DNA from: Bugula neritina
Lineage: Eukaryota; Animalia; Bryozoa
NCBI GenBank assembly: GCA_964035545.1
Contig: OZ037766.1
Coordinates: forward strand, 10,778,722-10,842,721
Direction of reading: 5' to 3'
Length of the DNA stretch: 64,000 nucleotides
Shown here: positions 40,707 through 50,053 of the stretch, in pieces
Layout of the letters: every line of letters starts with the position of its first letter
Position numbering within the stretch: position 1 is the stretch's first letter
Program-made: the position numbers and the translations under genes
Notes under the pieces: generated by a model
Database searches by the model: none
What the model saw: the letters and a program-made list of their open reading frames with translations, nothing else
What the model was told of the DNA's origin: nothing

Positions 40707-43700
40707 ATGGCTTATGTAATAGGAGTTGGGGTTACAAAGTTTGAGAAGCCATTAACAAGAGAATGGGATTACCCTGATATGGGAAGAGAGTCAGGTAAGT
40801 TTCAAGTTCTTGAAAATCATACTACTGATATGGAAAGGTCTTTGTCAAAGCGGGCTAAGTACTTATTTATATATGGCACAGGAGCAATTATGACTGATTG
40901 CTCTTCCTAACATCACCAATGGTCTTTACTGGGGTTCGAACTCATGACTTCGTGTTTACTAAGCCATCACTCTTACCCCTAGACCACGGCTGCTCCTTTG
41001 AGATATTGCTATGGGATCTTTATTACTGCTTTATAATATGGGCCTGCTATAGTCTCAGATGTAGTGTACAGTTGCATTAGATGCAACTTGGTCTCAAGTG
41101 CTGTCGTATCAGCTTATTCTAAGTTCCTCAGTCAGCTAATATTGTGGTTAGACCATATATAAAGATTTATCTGCTCTTGATGACCATGATTTGGGTATTA
41201 CTTGCTTCGAAGGTTGAGCTGTTGGCGATTAGATTAATATGTTCTGCTCTTACAACAAAGACAAGTAGTAGAGGGTGTAGAATGCTCTTGTGAATGAAAG
41301 TATCTACAGAAGGCCTGCAGGACTTTAATATGTTTATATTGAAATTTTCAGTAGTCTTCTATTGCTTATTGTAGGAACACAAGCTTTGGCAGACGCTGGT
41401 ATTGGTTATGCCGAAGTTGAAGCTGTAGTTGCAAGTTATTGTTATGGTGAACCTACCTGTGGTCAGAGAGCTGCATACGAGTTGGGACTCACTGGTGTAC
41501 CTATATTCAATACCAACAACAATTGTTCATCTGGTTCATCAGCCCTTATGCTGGCTAAGCAGTTGGTAGCCTCTGGTACATATAGCTGTGTCATGGCACT
41601 AGGTAAGCAGTTGCTTACCAATAATAGTTTGTTGGATTTTCCTTCTGTAATTTCTTGCATGCTAGTTTTATATGCTGTGAATGTCTCAAAAATTTTCATT
41701 CACATTCTGTGGGCTGTAAGTATGCCGATGCCGTTAGCGGCGCAGCAAGATAGAGTGCTTAGGTACACAGCAGGGGTGAAGGACTTCTCCTCGTGCTGCG
41801 CTGCTAAACAAAAGCCTCTAGGAATCGTGTGACAGTGTTGGACTGAGAACGTTTATATCTATTAGAGAGTTTAGCAAATTCAAGTTTCTGGTCATTGTAT
41901 TCTGGGCGAATACGGTGATTTGCTGGGCAGATCACGGGTGGAGATTGGGGTGACTAAGGGGTGGTTTGGAGGTCACGGTGACAGCTTGGGGCTGTCGATA
42001 TATTATTATTCGTATTATAATTATTATTATAATCATTATTATAAGTTACTGTTAGTCTCCGTTATTTGTTTTGAGTTTGACTCTCATATTAATTTGCACT
42101 TGCAGGTAACAAGCTATTTCGGCAGCATTATCATTATTATTGCTATTATTACTATTATTACTTTATGGTTAGTAACAACGTGATATAATCATAATATTAC
42201 TGCTGTTTCTTACTACTACTTAAACGTAGTTAGTAAGCTTGTGCATTCTGGTTCTCAGTCAAATAGTTTATTACTCATACTTGTTGACTGTGGAGAACGG
42301 AATGTCACGGGAAGGAGAGAAAATTGAAGGCAAGGACTCTCCTGGGGAGAGTTCGGCAGTTGGTGGCGCTTCCGACCTTGGCGGGCCATCATCTGCGGGC
42401 ACTGGGCTTGCAGCTCCAGTTCTGTTGGATGCGAGGGTCTTGGCTAGCATCCTCAATCAGGCAAAGGGCCCGATTCTGTCGAGAATTCGACAAGCCACGC
42501 CCCAGTTTACTGGCGATGGCAGTGTAGATGTCACTGCGTGGATCAGGGAGTTTGAGGGACTCTGCGAGGTAGAACAGATTGCCCCAACGGAAATCCTCAT
42601 CTACATGTTGGGTGGCAATGCTGCTCGTGTCTACAGCAGGATGCGTGTGGCCGAAGCATCCCAATGGGATGTAGTAAAAGCGGCCTTGGTGGCCGAGTAC
42701 GCCATGCCTATGCAGGAAGCATGGCGTAGGTTCACTACCTGCCGCATGGAAGACGGGGACACGATTGACGTGTACCTGGACCGCTTGGAGCGGTTCGGTG
42801 GGCGAGTCGGCATGACCTGCAATGATCTGAGTTTTCGAGCTCAGTTTTATGAAGGCTTGCCGGCCTCTGTCTACGAGTGGGCAGTAACCCTCGAAAGTGC
42901 CTACAAGGCCGACTTTGGGTCAGTTTTGGCACGTGTGCGAGAAAGAGTGGTCTCGCGCAGGGCTGTTGCACGCCGTTCGAGATCTGGGCAACAGTCGGGA
43001 GAAGTCGCTGCTGCTTCTGGAAGAGCGCAGCAGCAGTCAGGTGCCAGTTCCTGCTATCGGTGTGGCGGTGCACACCGGGTAAAGGATTGCACCGAGAGCA
43101 GGCGGGCTTCTTTCAACAAGCGGCCCGTGAGAAACTCTTCTGGGAAGAGAGCTGGATGCTTCCGGTGCGGAGGCATCGACCACTGGGTTCGGGACTGCCC
43201 GAAACCGCCTGCAGTAGCTGCAGGGCTGGAAGGTAACCAGCCGGGTTTTCAGGCGGAGGATGCAACTCGGGGCGCCGCATCCTCCAGCATGGATACCACA
43301 GTTTAGGCGTTAACCGCCGAGGGCCTTGCTCTTTATCGATGAGCGAGGTTCTGAGCGGTGCATGCGTACCGCGGGATAGCTTGGCGCTATCTGGGGCAAT
43401 TAGTAGGACTACCACAAGTAGCCGTATGCCCGTCATTCAGGCAGTGCTGAACGGCCGTTGTTTCTCGTGTCTTGTCGACACTGGAAGCGAGCGGACTCTG
43501 GTAAGTCCGCGGGTGGTTGGTGGGAAACGGCTCAAAGCAGGCCGGCCGTTATTAACGGCTGATGGCAGTGCCTCTCATGTGGAGGGCACTTGCCGAGTTA
43601 CCGTTGGACTGCAGGGACACTGCTTCAGTGTCTCGGCTCCTGTCATGAGCGAGTTGGGGAACCTTGGCGTTGATTGCCTCATTGGTGGTGATGCCATCGA

Positions 43701-46700
43701 CCATATGGGAGGTGTGACTGTCAGGAGAGGCTCTGACTCGCGATACTCAGTTGTCTGGGGAAAGCAGAGTTCAGCTGGCTGCTGTGACTTTCCTCGTCAG
43801 AAAGTTGCCAGCCCAGGCCTGGCCTGTGGGGCTACGACAGCTGTCAATGATAGTCGTAGCAGTGACTTGGGGTCGCTGCGAGTGGAGGATCCCGATTTCG
43901 TGGCCAATTTCGACAATGGTCGATGGACCGTCAGTTGGCGGTGGACCGGGGAGTCTCCATCAAAGCTCCAAACTCGTGTGTCAGAGTACAGGTGTACTCA
44001 GGCGCCTCAGATTCATGAACGCTACTGCGCAGAGCTGGAGAGCTGGATCTCCAAGGGTTGGTTAAAGCGATGGGATGGCCCAGTTGAAGGGGTTATCCCT
44101 TTGCTTGCAGTGTTCCAGCCAACTAAGGACAAGGTGCGGCCGGTCATGGACTACCGTGAGCTGAACAACTACGTGGAATCTCACACTGGCGATGACAAGG
44201 TTGCGGTGTGTAGTGAAAAGATTAGAAAGTGGAGACAGTTGAAAGGTAACCTCCGAGTTGTGGATCTGAAGTCAGCCTATCTTCAGATTCACATAGCCAA
44301 AGATCTGTGGAAGTACCAGGTTGTTAGACATAAGGGGGTGCACTACGCCCTGACTCGGCTCGGTTTTGGACTGTCGTGCGCTCCCAGAATTATGACTTCG
44401 ATTCTTGGTAAAGTACTGTCGATGGACGACCGGGTTCGTCGGGCAACGGACCACTACATTGATGACATAGTGGTGCAGGAGTCTGTTGTCGGTGCTGAGG
44501 AAGTACGAAAGCATCTAGCCAAGTATGGGCTAGAGACTAAAGAGCCGGAAAGTCTTGATGGAGGTCGACTGTTGGGAATTGCCCTTAAAAGCGACAGTCG
44601 CGGAGAACTACGAATGATGAGGGCAACAGCCCTCTCAGAGATCCACTTGAAGCCAAAAAGCCTCACAAAGCGTGGCCTCTTCTCTCTTTGTGGTCGGTTG
44701 GTCGGTCACTATCCGGTGGCCGGATGGCTCCGTATGCACTGCAGCTTCCTCAAACGATTAGGATGTGGTGGGGGTTGGGATGCTCCTGTGGGAAATGCTG
44801 TCAGCAATCTGGCTGCAGAGTTGCTGAACAGAGCTAAGCGAGAGGACCCTGTGCGGGGGTGCTGGCGAGTGAATCCAGGGGGATCTGTTACAGTGTGGAC
44901 AGATGCTAGCTCCATAGGGATAGGCGTGGTCCTGGAGGTAGATGGCAATGTTGTAGAGGATGCGTCATGGCTACGGAAGGAGTCCGATCATTCCCATATC
45001 AATGTTGCCGAGTTGGAGGCTGTGGCTAGAGGAATCAACCTGGCGGTCACGTGGGGGTTTAAAACCTTCACGCTAGCAATCGACTCGCTCACGGTCGTCA
45101 ACTGGATGGGAAACACTGTTGACGCTCGTAGTCGCGTGAGAACAAAGAGTGCTGCAGAGATGCTCATAAAGCGTCGTTTGGGTGTAATCCGAGACACGAT
45201 CACCGAGTTCGACCTTGAAATATCAGTTCGTTTTGTGCCGACGGCAGAAAACAAAGCTGATTGCATGACTAGGGTGGCTAAGCAGTGGCTTGGGAGCCGT
45301 GGACTTGGCAGCACCGACATGCAGGTGACTGCAGCACTTTCAACAGGGGAAAGTGTGGAAGATGCCATTTGGGCGGCGCACCTGCCTCATCATTTAGGCG
45401 TTGATCGGACGCTTTACCTTGCTCGACAAATTCGTAGAGATCTGTCCAGAGAGCAAGTGAAGCGTGAGTTGGCTGGGTGTGAGACATGCCAGAGGGTCGA
45501 CCCCGCCTTAAGGTCTGAGAACATTGTCCCGACAGGAAGCTTGTCAGTAGAAGGAAATTGGCAGAGAGTTGCGATTGATGTAACCCACTACGATGGCAGA
45601 CTGTTTCTGTCGATGGTCGACTGTGGTCCGTCGCGACTGGCCATCTGGCGACGTCTTCAGAGTGAGTCTGCAGAAAAAATTGTTGCTCAATTGCGCAGCG
45701 TTGTGATTGAGCGAGGGCCATGTGAAGAGTTGCTCTTGGACAACTCCATGGCATTCAGGTCAGCATCTGTTGAGGAGTTTGCTGACGAGTGGGGAATATC
45801 TCTTCGATTCAGAGCCGCTTACGCCCCGAGCGGCAACGGGATTGTCGAGAGAAACCACCGGACAATCAAAAGGATTGCGGAGAGAGGGGGGATTTCTCCC
45901 GAAGAAGCCACATTCTGGTATAATGTGACACCCAGGAAGGACGCAGATGAAGGTTCGGTGCCTTCTAACGTACTCTTTCGATACCCTTGGCGGGTACCAT
46001 TTGATATTAATACCACAGAAGCTGGCGTTTGTGGTGACTGTAACTTCGCCATTGGCGATGAAGTCTGGCTGAAGCCACCAACACCCTCGTGCACCAGGCA
46101 GTGGGCACTCGGTGAGGTCACCGGGGTTGTATCAAGACACACAGTGTGTGTGAATGGGGTACCATGGCATGTCAGAGACGTGCGAAAGCGTCGCCATGGT
46201 GGAGAGCTTGCTCAGCACGTTGGAAGGCGCCATCAGGGTGGCCTCTCTGCTCGTGTTGATGATCAGCATATACCCTATGCTGGGCCTCCAGGGGATCTGC
46301 CGTTAGTGTTGAGCGAGGAGCATGGCGAGGAGGCCAATGCGGGTCAGTATGCTATTCGGGAAGACCCAGCCCAACCCGATGCTGATGTGAATGGTGTAAG
46401 GTGTCCAGAACGCCCCACCGAACAGGTTGGAGTTGATGCTGAGGAGAGCGAGAATGCAGATGTGCCGCTGCTCCATCATGGACGGCCGCAACGTGTGCGG
46501 CGGCGACCTGCGTACTTGGCTGATTATGTTGATTGGCCAGAGGTCGTGGCGTCTCCCTAGTAGCTTTGTAAGAAGCTAGGGGAGATGTGGGCTGTAAGTA
46601 TGCCGATGCCGTTAGCGGCGCAGCAAGATAGAGTGCTTAGGTACACAGCAGGGGTGAAGGACTTCTCCTCGTGCTGCGCTGCTAAACAAAAGCCTCTAGG

Positions 46701-48954
46701 AATCGTGTGACAGTGTTGGACTGAGAACGTTTATATCTATTAGAGAGTTTAGCAAATTCAAGTTTCTGGTCATTGTATTCTGGGCGAATACGGTGATTTG
46801 CTGGGCAGATCACGGGTGGAGATTGGGGTGACTAAGGGGTGGTTTGGAGGTCACGGTGACAGCTTGGGGCTGTCGATATATTATTATTCGTATTATAATT
46901 ATTATTATAATCATTATTATAAGTTACTGTTAGTCTCCGTTATTTGTTTTGAGTTTGACTCTCATATTAATTTGCACTTGCAGGTAACACATTCACCATT
47001 ATGTTCTATAGACTGTCAACATATTTTAATGAACAAGTTAGTCTACAGGTGCAATATTATTTTTAAAGGGTTTGAAAAAATGGAAAGAGGCCTTTCTGAG
47101 AAGTACACAGAGAAAATATCTCCAGTCAAGCGTCACATGGATCACATGGTTGATATTGGTGCCAAGCCTGGTCTCATTAAGCCACATTTTAACACTATGA
47201 CTTCTGATGTTATTAAACTGTTTGCATATGCCGCCAGAGAATACATGGAGAAAAACAAAAATTGCCAGCTCCACGACTTTGTAAATGTCGCTTATAAAAA
47301 TAGAAAGCAAGGTGAGCAGAATCCATCAGCATGCTTCCAGAAAGCCCCTAGCAAGCAAAAAATAAGAGACAGGGAGTTGTGCCACCCAATATATTCGGGT
47401 ATGGCAGCTCCAACCGCAGACGGCGGGGCTTGTGTTATTGTTTGCAACCAAGCATTCATCCAGAAGCATGCGTTGTATGCTAGAGCAGTTGAAATTGTTG
47501 CCCAACATATGGTTACTGACATGCCTACATCCTTTGGCAGAAGTTTCATTGACCTATCCGGTTTCAGGTAACATCCAACATAATTTTTTGCTGCTGCATA
47601 TATGCAACCAAGTTTCCCCATGAACTTTTATAAGTTTTATGCAGAAGCTGTCAGCTTCATCATTATTTTCAGTATGGCAAAACGTGGTGCAGACAAATGC
47701 TATAGAGATTCTGGCCTAAAGCCAACAGATGTTGATGTGCTGGAGGTTCATGACTGCTTTTCATGCAATGAATTATTAATGTACGAAGCATTAGGCCTTA
47801 CAGATGATGCTGTCCAGTAAGTATAACTATTTTCTACCACACTCACTTTTTATAACATTGATATATCAATATTTCATCTAGTAATAGCATATTATACGCC
47901 ACATCAACATTCAGTGAAAATATAACATTTGTCCTGACCTACCAGAAAGCATAGCAACTATTGCGACTAAGGGTACAGCATAAATCAGCTCATGCCACAG
48001 AGTTTATGGAACCCATCCCGACATCCCATCCAACAAATGTTATGAATTGCAGAGACTCCATGCATAAAGGATTTATTTATGGTTTACCTTCCTCCAGCTA
48101 CTTACCACTGACCCTGTGTTGTTTCTATGCACAGACATAAAATAATTGGAAGCCCTAGTAAATTGTCCCCACTTACTTGGACAGGAACACATTATTTGCT
48201 CATCAGCTCCAAGGGGCAACAACTTCAAACCCTCGTTTTCCAAAACATATCTCAAATATTGTATTCTCAGAGATTTTTAAATTGTACTCCAAACTAATAT
48301 TTATAGAGAACAAAGCACCCAAGGTATTTAACTTTCACCATCACCCGCACCCACTTATATAACTGGTAAACTGTATCACTAGAAAGATTACAAAACATGT
48401 GGTGGTTTACAAAAAATAGTTTATCTGTTTCAGTGCTTTCAATAGTGGCATCTGGAGAAGAAATAACAATGGCGGCAGTTTGTACCATATCGCAGATAAA
48501 TGGGTGGTTAATCCATCAGGAGGGCTAGAAAGCAAGGGCCACCCTATTGGCGCAACTGGCAAGCACTTTATTTTTTATCTCAATTCGTGTTTTTTTTTGG
48601 GTAAATCTGTACTGCAGAATTGATGTAATTACAACTCACCAACAATAACCTTTTCCAAGGGGCATAATTTAGGATTGCACATTAGTTCAGAATGTGTTCA
48701 ACAGCAATTTCATAACTTGTATCTAAGTTGTGGCAAGCAGTCCAATAACTCACATCAGTGCTTTCATGTTTCACAATACAATTTTTACAGGATTAGCACA
48801 ATGTGCAGAGCTAGTAATGCAATTGAGAGGTGAAGCAGGGAAAAGGCAAGTGGATGGAGCACAAGTTGCTATGCAGCACAACTTTGGGATAGGAGGTGCT
48901 GCTGTTGTTACATTATATAAAAAGCCAGGGTTTACACACAGAAGCAAGCTATGA
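40707..48954 (+). CDS. Peroxisomal SCP2-type thiolase (SCPx thiolase domain only, DAF-22-like architecture), 415 aa, 6 exons
   Basis: Exons 40707-40794, 41375-41602, 47069-47567, 47673-47816, 48434-48558 (GC donor G|GCAAGC), 48791-48954 (1248 nt). Motifs [25 protein letters not shown] (catalytic Cys), [41 protein letters not shown] and C-terminal SKL (PTS1). Intron 2 carries the LTR element. Confidence 0.9.
40820..40996 (-). mobile_element. tRNA-derived SINE copy (MetaSINE-like body)
   Basis: Reverse strand starts GGAGCAGCCGTGGTCTAGGGG (A-box-like), then GAGTTCGAACC (B box), then TGGTGATGTTAGGAAGAGCAATCAGTC. Confidence 0.72.
41708..42111 (+). repeat. 5' LTR (404 bp)
   Basis: Direct repeat of 46586-46989 with TG...CA termini. 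Confidence 0.97.
42302..43306 (+). CDS. gag: Retrotransposon Gag (334 aa from the first ATG) with two CCHC zinc knuckles
   Basis: ATG at 42302; capsid-like [16 protein letters not shown]; [13 protein letters not shown] and [14 protein letters not shown]. Confidence 0.9.
   Translation: MSREGEKIEGKDSPGESSAVGGASDLGGPSSAGTGLAAPVLLDARVLASILNQAKGPILSRIRQATPQFTGDGSVDVTAWIREFEGLCEVEQIAPTEILIYMLGGNAARVYSRMRVAEASQWDVVKAALVAEYAMPMQEAWRRFTTCRMEDGDTIDVYLDRLERFGGRVGMTCNDLSFRAQFYEGLPASVYEWAVTLESAYKADFGSVLARVRERVVSRRAVARRSRSGQQSGEVAAASGRAQQQSGASSCYRCGGAHRVKDCTESRRASFNKRPVRNSSGKRAGCFRCGGIDHWVRDCPKPPAVAAGLEGNQPGFQAEDATRGAASSSMDTTV
43243..43285 (+). promoter_or_regulatory. -1 programmed ribosomal frameshift signal
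   Basis: G_GGT_TTT heptamer (43243-43249) in gag phase, 5-nt spacer, then a perfect 9-bp stem GGAGGATGC (43255-43263) / GCATCCTCC (43277-43285). Confidence 0.85.
43243..46560 (+). CDS. pol: Retrotransposon Pol (protease, RT, RNase H, integrase) in the -1 frame relative to gag
   Basis: LVDTGS (PR); [33 protein letters not shown] (RT); WTDAS, AELEA, IDS, NKAD (RNase H); H..HH...CETC and D,D,E (IDVT, LDNS, IVER) (IN). The frame is open from the slippery site at 43243 through the ATG at 43339. Confidence 0.93.
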   Translation, partial: GFSGGGCNSGRRILQHGYHSLGVNRRGPCSLSMSEVLSGACVPRDSLALSGAISRTTTSSRMPVIQAVLNGRCFSCLVDTGSERTLVSPRVVGGKRLKAGRPLLTADGSASHVEGTCRVTVGLQGHCFSVSAPVMSELGNLGVDCLIGGDAIDHMGGVTVRRGSDSRYSVVWGKQSSAGCCDFPRQKVASPGLACGATTAVNDSRSSDLGSLRVEDPDFVANFDNGRWTVSWRWTGESPSKLQTRVSEYRCTQAPQIHERYCAELESWISKGWLKRWDGPVEGVIPLLAVFQPTKDKVRPVMDYRELNNYVESHTGDDKVAVCSEKIRKWRQLKGNLRVVDLKSAYLQIHIAKDLWKYQVVRHKGVHYALTRLGFGLSCAPRIMTSILGKVLSMDDRVRRATDHYIDDIVVQESVVGAEEVRKHLAKYGLETKEPESLDGGRLLGIALKSDSRGELRMMRATALSEIHLKPKSLTKRGLFSLCGRLVGHYPVAGWLRMHCSFLKRLGCGGGWDAPVGNAVSNLAAELLNRAKREDPVRGCWRVNPGGSVTVWTDASSIGIGVVLEVDGNVVEDASWLRKESDHSHINVAELEAVARGINLAVTWGFKTFTLAIDSLTVVNWMGNTVDARSRVRTKSAAEMLIKRRLGVIRDTITEFDLEISVRFVPTAENKADCMTRVAKQWLGSRGLGSTDMQVTAALSTGESVEDAIWAAHLPHHLGVDRTLYLARQIRRDLSREQVKRELAGCETCQRVDPALRSENIVPTGSLSVEGNWQRVAIDVTHYDGRLFLSMVDCGPSRLAIWRRLQSESAEKIVAQLRSVVIERGPCEELLLDNSMAFRSASVEEFADEWGISLRFRAAYAPSGNGIVERNHRTIKRIAERGGISPEEATFWYNVTPRKDADEGSVPSNVLFRYPWRVPFDINTTEAGVCGDCNFAIGDEVWLKPPTPSCTRQWALGEVTGVVSRHTVCVNGVPWHVRDVRKRRHGGELAQHVGRRHQGGLSARVDDQHIPYAGPPGDLPLVLSEEHGEEANAGQYAIREDPAQPDADVNGVRCPERPTEQVGVDAEESENADVPLLHHGRPQRVRRRPAYLADYVDWPEVVASP
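46586..46989 (+). repeat. 3' LTR (404 bp)
   Basis: Direct repeat of 41708-42111, preceded by the polypurine tract. Confidence 0.97.
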
Positions 48955-50053
48955 AACTTGTTTTGCTTGAAATTAACTGTTGGTGTCTGCAGTCATTTAA
49001 ACCGTTTAATGGTAAAGACAATCAGCTTTGCATAAGAAGTGTTATTTGATCAATTTTAATGTGATTTGTATGTTAATTGCCATTCTATTAATTGCATACT
49101 AATTTGTAAATTTCTATGAGTAGGATTTACTTCACTTCAATGCTGTTTCTGAACTACAAAGAACCATTGTTTAACTTCTTGTGAAAATTTAAATCATGTA
49201 TAAATAAGGATTTAATCAAGCATTTTTGAAGTGGTGAAACTATACTACCCACCCATTTTATAAACAGCTGTGCTTATGAATGCTAATCTAAAACATTGAA
49301 ATTAAACCATCGCCCAGATTCCATCACATTTTGGCTAGAACTGTATGCCTGCATATGTTCTAACACGAGAGAAATCCAACAGCAGTTCCAAAGAAATTCA
49401 AAAGCTAAGATTCCCTCCATTTTTCCCTTAATCCCTCTGGGCATCCAAGTTATAAGAATGAATCTAAGATCTCCCTTATGTCATTGATTGATCCAAAGAT
49501 CCAATCCAAGAATTGCAAACAACTGTCCATAGACATCATTAATCCTAGTCCTTGAGGCAAGAAGCCTGGTAAAACGAGAAGAATATGTTACATAGCTATA
49601 AAATACCGGTTTCAATAAATATTTTTTAGTTGCAAGCATACATCAAGTTGTATTGATAGACAATTTACATTAACATTGGTATTATGTACAGATTGAAGAA
49701 AAATGTTAAAAGACGCTGAAATTATTACCAATTGTCCATTAAAAGTGCCCAATCCTAAGTTATCAGCAAGTCCACATGCGATGAAAAGACAAAGTGACAA
49801 GCTATTGCAAGATTTCGAGCAGACCTAAGGAATTCCTACTCCATCCTAGTTAGAATGGACACCAAGTTCTTTAATGATGGCAGTTTTTCAAGATGTCCAT
49901 CTGAGAATAAACAATAGTATCATTAGCAACGAACTAAACAAAATTACACATACAGTTTTCCTGTTGATAATACTAAGTGTCACTAAAGGAAATCATATAT
50001 ATTGGCAATGGTTAACCGAGATGAGATATATATCAACTCGTCGATGTTGCGAT

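Larger units (their letters stand above)
41708..46989 (+). mobile_element. Full-length intact Ty3/Gypsy-type LTR retrotransposon (5282 bp) in thiolase intron 2
   Basis: TGT...ACA LTRs at 41708-42111 and 46586-46989, identical on base-by-base reading. TSD CATTC at 41703-41707 and 46990-46994. PPT AGAAGCTAGGGGAGA at 46571-46585. gag followed by PR-RT-RH-IN; interior much GC-richer than the host. Confidence 0.97.

Noticed and set aside
41920-42183. 87-aa hydrophobic ORF in the LTR as a possible env or accessory gene
   Set aside because: TTG start, built from a (TAT)n run and spanning the LTR boundary; no env features.
42271-46491. Many antisense and alternate-frame ORFs inside the retrotransposon
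   Set aside because: Expected shadows of a GC-rich coding region; no recognisable motifs.
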